Shown one piece after another: positions 51,333 to 60,893 of a DNA stretch of 64,000 nt. The position numbers and the translations under genes were made by a program. The notes beneath the pieces were generated by a model that saw nothing but the letters and a program-made list of their open reading frames with translations, was not told the DNA's origin and made no database searches. This stretch comes from Nitrospinaceae bacterium (GTDB lineage Bacteria > Nitrospinota > Nitrospinia > Nitrospinales > Nitrospinaceae), in NCBI GenBank assembly GCA_965223665.1, contig OZ245011.1, positions 3,904,001 to 3,968,000 on the forward strand, read 5' to 3'. The stretch's first letter is position 1. Every line of letters starts with the position of its first letter.

Positions 51333-51711
51333 TTAAAAATATAGGTTTTGTTTTCTAAAAGGATGATTGGATTAGTTGAAATGGGGTAATTTTTTCTCAA
51401 CCCTGATAGGATTTATTCAATTCAAATAAATTGTATTTAGGAATTTCTAACGAATCATGGATCAAGGATACGTTTTCAAATATATATTGAGTTCATCTTA
51501 CCGACGGCAAAAAAGCTTAAATACTTTTGATGTGCTCAGGTCCCCCCTAATTCTAGATATAATTTCTTCGCCTTTGAGACAATCCTGCTGGCCCTATAGC
51601 AATTAGAGGCTTGCCATTTCTCATTAATATCACCTTTTAGAAATAAATGAATTGAATGGTTTTTTGGAATCGTAAGTTCCGGAAGTTACCCAGTTTATCA
51701 GGGAATAACGG

Positions 51712-52332
51712 ATGAAAAAAAAATCAAGTAGGTTTGCTTCCTCTCAGGATCATTTGATTACAAAAAAATCTGTTATTCGAAAGAAGTTATTAGAAGAGAG
51801 AAACCAATTAGAAAGCCAGTGGGTACTATCACAAAGTCATGAGATTGCAGCTCAATTTAGAACTCTAAGTTTGTTAAATAAGGCTAAAAATATTTTAGTA
51901 TATTTGTCTAAAGCTAAAGAAGTACAAACGGAGCCCATAATAAAAGACTTGTTTGCCATGGGAAAGTGTTTATTTGTTCCGATTGTTGATAAAAATCAAC
52001 CTGATTTAAAAATCAGTCAAATTTCTGGGTTGGATATCAAATTTAAACTGGGACCTTTTGGAATTAGAGAGCCGGATGAAAATTTTTTAAATTTTGTTCC
52101 CACGACCAAAATTGATACAGTAATTCTTCCTGGTGTTGGGTTCGATTTGTTGGGGACGCGTATTGGGTTTGGAAAAGGATATTTTGATCGACTTTTGTCT
52201 AAAATGTCTAAAAAAATACTGAAAATAGCCTTGGCGTTTGATTTTCAAATTTTGCCAAAAATTCCTAGAACAGAAAGGGATGTTTCAGTAAATTTAATTG
52301 TTACCGAAAGCAGAACTATCACTATTAAATAG
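51712..52332 (+). CDS. ygfA: 5-formyltetrahydrofolate cyclo-ligase
   Basis: GPFGIREP, PGVGFD..G.RIGFGKGYFDRLL and DVSVNLIVTE. Confidence 0.95.
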   Translation: MKKKSSRFASSQDHLITKKSVIRKKLLEERNQLESQWVLSQSHEIAAQFRTLSLLNKAKNILVYLSKAKEVQTEPIIKDLFAMGKCLFVPIVDKNQPDLKISQISGLDIKFKLGPFGIREPDENFLNFVPTTKIDTVILPGVGFDLLGTRIGFGKGYFDRLLSKMSKKILKIALAFDFQILPKIPRTERDVSVNLIVTESRTITIK

Positions 52333-52380
52333 GGTGAACTAATTAATAGTGTTAATTTATAAATTATAAGGAAGCAAGTT

Positions 52381-53967
52381 ATGAAAATCTTTTATGACAT
52401 TCATGTGAATTTTATCACCTTGATCATTGCAATGGGAGTGACCTTGGTGATTGGATATATTGTGGGTTATTACTTAAGAAAAATATTTGCTGAGCTACAG
52501 ATTAAGGAAGCGGAGGCGTTAGGTAAAAAAATTGTCTCTGAGGCCGAAAAAGAAGCAGAGACCAAAATAAAGTCAGCTGAAATAGAAATTAAAGAGAAAA
52601 AAATTGCTTTGACAGGGCAAATTGAGAATGAAATGGAAGCTAAACGGAAAGAACTTAGGGAAAATGAAAAAAGTTTCCATCAAAAAGAACAAAACCTCAA
52701 TAAAATGTTGGAACAAAATCGAGAAGCCGATAGAAAAATGCAAGATCGGCAAAAAGAGATTGATCAAATCCAAAATGACTTAAAGGCAAAAAAAGAAAAG
52801 TTTGATCAACTTATTGATGAAGAGATAAAAAAATTAGAAATTATTTCTTCATATTCTGCAGAAGAAGCCAGGGAAGAAATAAAAAACCAAGTATTAGATT
52901 CGGCAAGACTAGAAGCAGCAAAAGAAGTAAAAAAACTTGAGGAGAAAGCAAAAAATAATGCTGAAGGGGAGGCTCGAAAAATCATTTCAATGGCGGTTCA
53001 ACGCTTGGCTTCAGATCATGTTGCCGAAACTACCGTTTCGGTAGTTGAACTGCCGAACGACGACATTAAGGGAAGAATTATTGGGAGAGAAGGAAGAAAT
53101 ATACGCGCTTTAGAACAGTGTACAGGGATCGATTTGATTATTGATGATACCCCAGGAGCTGTAGTGCTTTCCGGATTTGATCCTATCCGTAGAGAAGTGG
53201 CTCGACGGGCATTGGAAAAGTTGACACTAGATGGTCGTATACATCCTGGTCGTATTGAAGAAGTAGTTAACAAATGTAAAAAAGAAGTTAATGTTGGAAT
53301 AAAAGAAGCAGGGGAACAAGCCGTAATGGACTTGGGAATTGACGGGGTACATCCAGACATGGTTAAGCTTTTGGGCCGATTAAAGTATCGGACCAGTTAC
53401 ACTCAGAATGTGTTAGAGCATGTTAAAGAGGTGGCCTGGGTTTGTGGAACCATGGCAGCTGAATTAGGATTGGATGTGGACATGGCAAAAAGAGCCGGAC
53501 TTTTACATGATATTGGGAAAGCTATTGACCGTCATACTGATGGAACACATACGCAGTTGGGGGTTGATATTGCCACAAGGTATAATGAACATAAATGTGT
53601 GGTAAACGCAATTGCAGCTCATCACGAAGATGTGGAACCAGAATCCTTATATGCAGTATTGGTAGCGGCGGGTGATACTATCTCTGCGTCCAGACCCGGC
53701 GCACGTCGAGAAATGTTAGAAACCTACGTCAAACGAATGAGTCAATTAGAAGAAATTGGTGATTCATTCAAAGGCGTTGAAAAAACCTATGCAATTCAAG
53801 CTGGAAGAGAAGTGCGTATTATAGTAGTACCTGATGGTATTAACGATGATGGAGCTGGTTTGCTAGCAAAAGATGTCGCGAAGCGTATTGAAAAAGAGGT
53901 TACATATCCGGGAGAAATTAAGATCACTGTGGTTAGGGAATCTCGGTTTACTCAGTTTGCCCGCTGA
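52381..53967 (+). CDS. rny: Ribonuclease Y
   Basis: N-terminal TM, coiled coil, KH motif KGRIIGREGRNIR, HD motif LLHDIGK and AIQAGRE. Confidence 0.97.
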   Translation: MKIFYDIHVNFITLIIAMGVTLVIGYIVGYYLRKIFAELQIKEAEALGKKIVSEAEKEAETKIKSAEIEIKEKKIALTGQIENEMEAKRKELRENEKSFHQKEQNLNKMLEQNREADRKMQDRQKEIDQIQNDLKAKKEKFDQLIDEEIKKLEIISSYSAEEAREEIKNQVLDSARLEAAKEVKKLEEKAKNNAEGEARKIISMAVQRLASDHVAETTVSVVELPNDDIKGRIIGREGRNIRALEQCTGIDLIIDDTPGAVVLSGFDPIRREVARRALEKLTLDGRIHPGRIEEVVNKCKKEVNVGIKEAGEQAVMDLGIDGVHPDMVKLLGRLKYRTSYTQNVLEHVKEVAWVCGTMAAELGLDVDMAKRAGLLHDIGKAIDRHTDGTHTQLGVDIATRYNEHKCVVNAIAAHHEDVEPESLYAVLVAAGDTISASRPGARREMLETYVKRMSQLEEIGDSFKGVEKTYAIQAGREVRIIVVPDGINDDGAGLLAKDVAKRIEKEVTYPGEIKITVVRESRFTQFAR

Positions 53968-54148
53968 AGATTTTCCCGTTTAGTTTTGATATATTTTTTG
54001 AATGTAAATTGCATCAATCCATCCACTTGATAAAATTCTTCAATTGCATTAACCTTCCTGGTTTTTAGGATTTGAAATATTGATTTGGAATAAATTCTAT
54101 AGAACTATTTGATGGCAAACCATAATTAACCCAACTGAAAAGAATTAC

Positions 54149-55654
54149 ATGGAAGAAACAAGCGAATTAATTAAGCTGAGACGAGAAAAAGTTGAAGAAT
54201 TTAGAAACCAGGGAGTAAATCCTTATATTAATAGGTTTAAAGGCACAACTTTTATTCGAAAAATCTTGGAGTCTCATTCGGAGAAAACTCGAGAGGAATT
54301 GGAAAGTTTAAACCAAGAGTTTGTGGTAGCAGGACGAATAATGACACGCCGTAAACATGGTAAAACCATTTTTTCTCACATAAAAGATGGCACAGGGCAG
54401 ATTCAAATTTATATTAAAAAAGATGAAATTGGAGAAGAAACTTTTGCCTGGATGTCAAAAGTAGATATTGGAGACTTCATCGGGGTTGAGGGAAGGGTCT
54501 CAAAAACCAAAACCGGAGAACTAACCATATTTGCCAAAAAAGTGACTCTTTTGACAAAATCCTTATTGCCGTTGCCCGAAAAATGGCATGGATTAAAAGA
54601 TATTGAATTGCGGTATCGTCAACGGTATGTAGATCTCATCGTAAACCCCGAAGTAAAAAATATTTTTGTAGTAAGAAGCAAAATTATTCAAGCCATACGT
54701 GATTTTTTAAATGAACGGGAATACCTCGAGGTGGAAACACCTATGATGCAGCCCATTCCTGGTGGTGCTACTGCAAGGCCTTTTCAGACCCATCACAATG
54801 CTTTAGATATGGATTTGTATCTTCGGGTTGCGCCTGAGCTTTATCTAAAGAAGTTGGTAGTCGGGGGTATTGAGCGGGTTTACGAAATAAATAGGAACTT
54901 TCGAAATGAAGGTATTTCTACAGAGCATAATCCCGAATTTACCATGCTGGAGTTTTATACTGCTTACGCAGACTATAAAGACCTCATGGTTTTAACCGAG
55001 GAGTTATTTCGTTTTATTGGAAAAAAAGTCTTTAATACTTTGACCTTCCCCTGCACCTTTGAAGAGGCTGGGCAAGAGAAGGAGGTCTCTTTCGATTTAT
55101 CGCAACCCTTTCGTGTATGTCCCTTTAAGCAGTCGTTAATCGAAATTGGAAATGTTCCCGAGGGAGCTTTGCACGATATAAAAAGCGCAACAAAGTTTTC
55201 ACTAGAAAATAAAGTTCCTCTTGAAAAGAAAGATACATTTGGAAAAGTTTTAGGTAAGTTATTCGATCATTTTGTGGAGCCATTGCTTGTTGAACCTACA
55301 TTTATAATTGATTATCCCTTGGAACTATCTCCATTATCTAAAAGAAAAGAGGATGATCCAGATTTAGTTGAGCGGTTTGAATTGTTTGTCGGTCGCCGCG
55401 AATTAGCAAATGCATATACTGAATTGAATGATCCAGTCGATCAAAAAGAACGTTTTGATCATCAGGTGGAGCAGAAAGCAGCAGGCGATGATGAAGCGCA
55501 TTGGATGGATCACGACTTTATTCGAGCCTTAGAGTATGGATTGCCTCCCACAGCGGGAGAAGGAATTGGCATAGATCGTCTGGTCATGCTTTTTACTAAT
55601 GCTCAATCAATCAGGGATGTTATTCTATTTCCACAATTAAAAAAGGAAACTTAA
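54149..55654 (+). CDS. lysS: Lysine--tRNA ligase (class II)
   Basis: [42 protein letters not shown] and GIGIDRL. Confidence 0.98.
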   Translation: MEETSELIKLRREKVEEFRNQGVNPYINRFKGTTFIRKILESHSEKTREELESLNQEFVVAGRIMTRRKHGKTIFSHIKDGTGQIQIYIKKDEIGEETFAWMSKVDIGDFIGVEGRVSKTKTGELTIFAKKVTLLTKSLLPLPEKWHGLKDIELRYRQRYVDLIVNPEVKNIFVVRSKIIQAIRDFLNEREYLEVETPMMQPIPGGATARPFQTHHNALDMDLYLRVAPELYLKKLVVGGIERVYEINRNFRNEGISTEHNPEFTMLEFYTAYADYKDLMVLTEELFRFIGKKVFNTLTFPCTFEEAGQEKEVSFDLSQPFRVCPFKQSLIEIGNVPEGALHDIKSATKFSLENKVPLEKKDTFGKVLGKLFDHFVEPLLVEPTFIIDYPLELSPLSKRKEDDPDLVERFELFVGRRELANAYTELNDPVDQKERFDHQVEQKAAGDDEAHWMDHDFIRALEYGLPPTAGEGIGIDRLVMLFTNAQSIRDVILFPQLKKET

Positions 55655-55708
55655 TCCGTTCCCTTTTGTCTTCAAAAAATCTAAAAATTCTTTTAAAGGA
55701 TGGTAGCC

Positions 55709-56986
55709 ATGGGTTATGAGCTTTTAATAAGCTGGCGTCATCTTTGTTCCCGAAAATCGCAAAAGTTTATTTCTCTGATAACCTTCATATCCATTGGAGG
55801 AGTTGCACTTGGAGTTATGGCATTAATTGTCGTTATTGCAGTAATGACAGGATTTGGAAAGGATTTGAGGGATAAAATATTAGGAACGAATAGCCATATT
55901 GTCATTACCAATATTACCCGAAGCGGCCTTTCGGCTTATGAAGACCTTATCAAAGAAATTAAATCAGAAGACTTAGTAAAAGATGCCGCTCCCTTCATAT
56001 TAAAACAGGTCATGTTGACTTTAGGAGAAAGGACATCCGGGGTTGTCGTACGAGGTGTAGATCCTTTGCGAGAAGGAAATATTTCGGATCTTCAGAAAAA
56101 TATGATTGAGGGGAGCTTGAGTAATTTAGTTGGGAAAGAGAAAGGTTCAGACAACAAAAATATTATTCATCGGCAAGGAATAATATTGGGGAATGAATTA
56201 TCTCGTCGATTAGGTGCATTTGTGGGTGATGTAATAGGCATGGTATCCCCCTCTGTGAAGATGACTCCGATAGGGATTATTCCAAACATTAAAATGGTGG
56301 AAGTGGTGGGAGTATTTGAATCGGGTATGTATGAATATGATTCGAACCTGGCTTTCATATCAATTCAGTCTGCGCAAAAACTTTTTGGCCTCTCCGGTAA
56401 GGTAACGGGAATTGAAATTAAAGTTGAAGATATTGATAGAGCGGGAGAGGTGGCTAGTAATATTCAAAAAAAGTTGGGTTACCCCTATTTGGCCCGTGAT
56501 TGGATGCAAATGAATAAAAATTTATTTTCTGCTCTTAAGTTAGAAAAAATAGTTATGTTCATTATCCTAATTTTAATAATTCTTGTGGCGGCTTTTAATA
56601 TCATTAGTACTTTGTTTATGGTTGTAATGGATAAAACCAAGGATATCGCTATTTTAAAATCGATGGGGGCCACTAAAGCGAGTATTTTAAAAATATTTAG
56701 CTTACAAGGGCTGATAATTGGAGTTACAGGAACTTTGGTCGGTGTGATTTTCGGGTTTACAATTGTTCCTAATCTTAACGAAATAGTTGGTTTTATTGAA
56801 ACATTATTTGGTATTAAAGCTTTTCCCAGTGATGTTTATTATTTAGATAAACTTCCCTCAGAAATTCAATATTTTGATTCGTTTCTGATTATTGTTTTTT
56901 CGATTGCCATATGTTTTGCCGCTTCTCTTTATCCAGCTTGGAGAGCTTCTAAACTAGACCCTGTGGACGGATTGCGATATGAGTGA
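55709..56986 (+). CDS. Lipoprotein-releasing ABC transporter permease (LolC/E family)
   Basis: GVALGVMALIVVIAVMTGF, SGMYEYD, VAAFNI, DIAILKSMGA and YPAWRAS. Confidence 0.95.
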   Translation: MGYELLISWRHLCSRKSQKFISLITFISIGGVALGVMALIVVIAVMTGFGKDLRDKILGTNSHIVITNITRSGLSAYEDLIKEIKSEDLVKDAAPFILKQVMLTLGERTSGVVVRGVDPLREGNISDLQKNMIEGSLSNLVGKEKGSDNKNIIHRQGIILGNELSRRLGAFVGDVIGMVSPSVKMTPIGIIPNIKMVEVVGVFESGMYEYDSNLAFISIQSAQKLFGLSGKVTGIEIKVEDIDRAGEVASNIQKKLGYPYLARDWMQMNKNLFSALKLEKIVMFIILILIILVAAFNIISTLFMVVMDKTKDIAILKSMGATKASILKIFSLQGLIIGVTGTLVGVIFGFTIVPNLNEIVGFIETLFGIKAFPSDVYYLDKLPSEIQYFDSFLIIVFSIAICFAASLYPAWRASKLDPVDGLRYE

Positions 56987-57692
56987 TTCCCCGAATAAAA
57001 GCGTATTGTTAGAGGCGGTTGATATTAGTAAATCCTATAGGACAAAAATTAAATCTGTCCAAGTTCTAAAAAATGCTAATTTAGTAGTCCATTCCGGTGA
57101 GATTTTAGGAATTGTGGGTGCTTCCGGGGTTGGAAAAAGTACTTTACTCCATATATTGGGAGGATTAGATCAGCCTGATTCAGGTAGTGTATTGTTTAAA
57201 GAACAAAATATTTATTCAGGAAGAAAGGAAAGCTTAGAAAGATTTCGCAACCAGAAAATTGGTTTTGTTTTTCAATTGTTTAATTTGCTTCCTGATTTTA
57301 CGGCTTTAGAAAATGCAATGTTCCCAGCTCTGATAGCAAAAAAAGATAAAAATGTTGCAAAAGAAAGGGCAGAATCATTATTGTGTGAAATTGGATTAAA
57401 AGATAGATTGAACCATAAGCCTGGTGAGTTATCTGGGGGTGAGGTTCAAAGAGTAGCATTAGCTAGAAGCCTGGTGAATCAACCTGAAATGTTATTAGCT
57501 GACGAACCCACAGGAAACTTGGATTCAAAATCAGGCGATGTCTTTATGAGTTTAATTCGAAAATTAAATGAAAAATTTAATCAAACATTTGTCATTGTCA
57601 CTCACAGCCAAAAGATAGCAAGTAGTTTAGATAGGATTTTGCAATTGGTTGATGGGCAGGTGAGTGCTATTGACAAGGATTTGATTTTATAA
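56979..57692 (+). CDS. lolD: Lipoprotein-releasing ABC transporter ATPase
   Basis: GASGVGKSTLL, LSGGEVQR and ADEPTGNLD; overlaps the permease gene. Confidence 0.92.
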   Translation: MSDSPNKSVLLEAVDISKSYRTKIKSVQVLKNANLVVHSGEILGIVGASGVGKSTLLHILGGLDQPDSGSVLFKEQNIYSGRKESLERFRNQKIGFVFQLFNLLPDFTALENAMFPALIAKKDKNVAKERAESLLCEIGLKDRLNHKPGELSGGEVQRVALARSLVNQPEMLLADEPTGNLDSKSGDVFMSLIRKLNEKFNQTFVIVTHSQKIASSLDRILQLVDGQVSAIDKDLIL

Positions 57693-57715
57693 ATTTTTTG
57701 ATGGGGAAGGGGTCA

Positions 57716-58732
57716 ATGAAACTTAAAGAAATTGCAGAACTTGTTGGAGGAACAATCCAGGGTGACGATTCCATAGAAATTAGAGATGCTTGCGGTATGG
57801 AGCAAGCCAAGGAAGGAGATATTACTTTTCTTAAAGATAAAAAGTTATTATCTAAACTGGAATCTTGTAAGGCATCCGCTGTCATAGTTCCTAAGGCCTT
57901 AGAAATTCCAATGGTCCAAGTTATTCATCCTAACCCCGCCCTGGCTTTTGCAAATATTTTAATGAAATTTCACCCGGATTCTCGACCTGAATCTGGAATA
58001 TCCCCGCAAGCTTTTGTTGATGACTCTGCAGTAATTGGAAAAGATGTGACAATTTCTCCGTTTGTTAGTATTGGAAAAAATGTAGTTGTTGGGGATAACA
58101 CTGTTCTTTTTCCGGGAGCTGTAATTTATGAAAATTGCAAAATCGGAGATCATTGTACGATTCATGCAAATGTTACATTATACAAAGAGACTAAATTAGG
58201 GAACCATGTTGTATTGCATTCAGGAGCTGTCATTGGTGCAGATGGATTTGGATACACTCCCGATCAACACGGGCGCCATTTTAAAATTCAACAGATAGGT
58301 AATGTCATTATTGAAGACTATGTTGAAATCGGAGCAAATACTTGTATAGACAGAGCCACCTTTGGAGAAACGGTTATTCGACAGGGTACCAAAATTGATA
58401 ATTTGGTCCAAGTGGCCCATAACTGTGACATTGGTGCTCACTCTATTTTGGTGTCTCAGGTGGGAATGTCGGGGAGTTGTAAATTAGGCCATCATGTTAT
58501 TTTAGCAGGACAAGTCGGTTTAGCAGACCATGTGACCTTGGCAGATCAAGTTGTTGTCGGAGCACAATCAGGAGTTCCAAGCGATATCCCCAAACCTGGG
58601 TTCTATGGTGGATCCCCTGCTGTGGAGGGTATGCGATGGAAAAAATCAGTGATGCTGATTTCCAAACTGCCTGATATTACTAAGCAAATTCGAGATTTGG
58701 AAAAGAGGCTAAGTGCCATTGAAAACGAGTGA
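57716..58732 (+). CDS. lpxD: UDP-3-O-(3-hydroxyacyl)glucosamine N-acyltransferase
   Basis: Hexapeptide repeats, IGADGFGY, IGANTCIDR and KIDNLVQVAHN. Confidence 0.96.
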   Translation: MKLKEIAELVGGTIQGDDSIEIRDACGMEQAKEGDITFLKDKKLLSKLESCKASAVIVPKALEIPMVQVIHPNPALAFANILMKFHPDSRPESGISPQAFVDDSAVIGKDVTISPFVSIGKNVVVGDNTVLFPGAVIYENCKIGDHCTIHANVTLYKETKLGNHVVLHSGAVIGADGFGYTPDQHGRHFKIQQIGNVIIEDYVEIGANTCIDRATFGETVIRQGTKIDNLVQVAHNCDIGAHSILVSQVGMSGSCKLGHHVILAGQVGLADHVTLADQVVVGAQSGVPSDIPKPGFYGGSPAVEGMRWKKSVMLISKLPDITKQIRDLEKRLSAIENE

Positions 58733-58790
58733 ATTGGCCTGATACAATAAAAATACCAAAAGTATTCTTGTTTAGTTATTTAAGGAAATA

Positions 58791-59861
58791 ATGGGTATGA
58801 ATAATCGATACATTGTATTGGGTTTTATTTGTTTATTTTCGATTTTCATTTTTGCGGCAAAGGGACCTCTTTCAACAGAAAAGTTAAGCAAATATATCGA
58901 AAAAAAGTTACAAAGAAATAGTAAGACTTTAAGACTAAATGAAAAATGGATCGGGGACAAAGGAGCAGAGTATTTAGCCAACTCTCCTTTAATGAAAAAT
59001 GTTATCACATTAAAAATATATAAAGGGAATGTTGGGGATGCCGGGATTCGGGCGCTTGCAGAGTCTAGAAATTTTGAAAACTTAAAAGCACTCTATATTG
59101 AAACTAATTTGGTGACCGACCAAGGAGCAAGGTATCTGGCTGCATCCAAAGCTTTTACTCAATTAGAGGTTTTAAATTTATTCAACAACCAGATTGGAGA
59201 TGATGGAGCTGAAGCTTTGGCAAGTTCTCCAAACTTTAACCAATTAAAGGAATTAAATTTAAATTATAATCAAGTTGGCGATCAAGGTGCCATTGCATTA
59301 GTTTCTTCTGATAAACTTAAACAACTTTCTGTGTTAAATTTATCTTATAATAAATTAGGGAAATCTGGTGGAAAGGCCTTACAAAACTTTAAGTTTCAAC
59401 AAAAAATAAAAAGATGGAACCAGGCAGGCAAGCTACCCAACTTAGAGAAAAATTATATTGGTGACTTTGGAGTTTTTGTTTTATTAAATTCTCCTTATAT
59501 TTCAGAGTTAAAAAATTTAAATTTAAACTATAATAATTTAACAGATGAAGCAGTTCTTGCTTTAGCGAGCTCGCCCGATCTCAAAAACCTGGAATCTTTA
59601 AGTTTGGCTGGTAACCAAATTACAGATAGGGGCGCCAAGGCAATAGCGAACTCTAAAACTCTGATGAATTTGAAGCACTTAAATTTGAACTTTAATAAAA
59701 TTGGAAATGGCGGTGCTTATGACTTTGCTAAGTCAGAATCCATGGCCAATCTCGAATCTTTACGATTGGGGCAAAATCAAATTGGTTTTGAGGGAGCGCA
59801 AGCATTAGCTGAATCTAAAAAGCTTAAAAATTTGGTCTTTCCTATTTTCGGTTTTTACTAA
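58791..59861 (+). CDS. Exported leucine-rich-repeat protein (RI/GALA-like 28-aa repeats)
   Basis: Signal peptide plus repeated L..LNL..N.IGD.GA.ALA.S units. Confidence 0.9.
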   Translation: MGMNNRYIVLGFICLFSIFIFAAKGPLSTEKLSKYIEKKLQRNSKTLRLNEKWIGDKGAEYLANSPLMKNVITLKIYKGNVGDAGIRALAESRNFENLKALYIETNLVTDQGARYLAASKAFTQLEVLNLFNNQIGDDGAEALASSPNFNQLKELNLNYNQVGDQGAIALVSSDKLKQLSVLNLSYNKLGKSGGKALQNFKFQQKIKRWNQAGKLPNLEKNYIGDFGVFVLLNSPYISELKNLNLNYNNLTDEAVLALASSPDLKNLESLSLAGNQITDRGAKAIANSKTLMNLKHLNLNFNKIGNGGAYDFAKSESMANLESLRLGQNQIGFEGAQALAESKKLKNLVFPIFGFY

Positions 59862-59912
59862 TTTGCAAATTGAAAGATCTCATAAGATCTTCAATCACCT
59901 ATTCCATAAAAA

Positions 59913-60881
59913 ATGATTCAAATATTAGATTTTGAGCGGGAAATTTTTGCAGTTGAAAATCAAATCCGTGAGTTACGATCCTTATCTCATATGTATGACA
60001 GTGTCGGGGATTTGACTCATGAGATTGCGAAACTTAAAAAAAAGCTACGCCATTTAAAAAAGGATACCTTTAATAATTTAGATGGATGGCAAAAAACACA
60101 AGTGGCTCGACACCCAGCACGGCCTTATACATTAGATTATATAAATTATATTTTTTCCAATTTTAATGAACTTCATGGAGACCGCCATGGTGGTTATGGA
60201 GGATCTGTAGTAGGAGGATTTGCTAAATTTGGGGATCAAACCGTGATGGTGATTGGTCATCAAAAAGGTAGAGATGCTAAAGAAAAGTTGGCCCGAAACT
60301 TTGGAATGTCTCAGCCGGCGGGTTATCGAAAAGCTTTGAGATTGATGAAGCTGGCGGAAAAGTTTGAAGTTCCGATTGTCACAATGATAGATACTCCTGG
60401 TGCTTATCCCGGTGTTGATGCTGAAGAAAAAGGACAGTCTGAGGCAATTGCTTATAATTTATTTTGTATGGCGGGTATAAAAGTTCCCATTATTTCTATT
60501 GTTATAGGTGAAGGAGGGAGCGGTGGAGCCCTTGCAATAGGGCTTGGAAATAAGGTTTTGATGCTTGAGCATTCTGTTTATTCGGTGATTTCTCCCGAGG
60601 GTTGTGCTTCAATCCTTTGGGGAGATAAAGAAAAAGTTAAACAAGCAGCAAGCGCACTTTGTTTGACTGCGCAAGATTTGGAACGATTAAAAGTAATCGA
60701 TCAAATTGTTTTAGAACCATTAGGGGGAGCCCATCGAAATCCAAATTGGGCGGCAATTTTATTGAAAAAAGCCATTCGGGCTAACTTGCGTGAACTTTCC
60801 AGCTTATCCGCAGACCAATTAGTTAGTCAACGGCAAGAAAGGTTTCGTAAATTAGGGGAATTCGTTTCCGAAAATGAATAA
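59913..60881 (+). CDS. accA: Acetyl-CoA carboxylase carboxyltransferase alpha subunit
   Basis: ARHPARP, GHQKGR, GYRKALRLM, DTPGAYPG, GEGGSGGALA and YSVISPEGCASILW. Confidence 0.95.
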   Translation: MIQILDFEREIFAVENQIRELRSLSHMYDSVGDLTHEIAKLKKKLRHLKKDTFNNLDGWQKTQVARHPARPYTLDYINYIFSNFNELHGDRHGGYGGSVVGGFAKFGDQTVMVIGHQKGRDAKEKLARNFGMSQPAGYRKALRLMKLAEKFEVPIVTMIDTPGAYPGVDAEEKGQSEAIAYNLFCMAGIKVPIISIVIGEGGSGGALAIGLGNKVLMLEHSVYSVISPEGCASILWGDKEKVKQAASALCLTAQDLERLKVIDQIVLEPLGGAHRNPNWAAILLKKAIRANLRELSSLSADQLVSQRQERFRKLGEFVSENE

Positions 60882-60893
60882 GCTTAATTAAAA

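Noticed and set aside
51598..51616. TGGCA...TTGCT on the minus strand resembling a sigma-54 site
   Set aside because: GG-to-GC spacing is 13 nt rather than the required 10.
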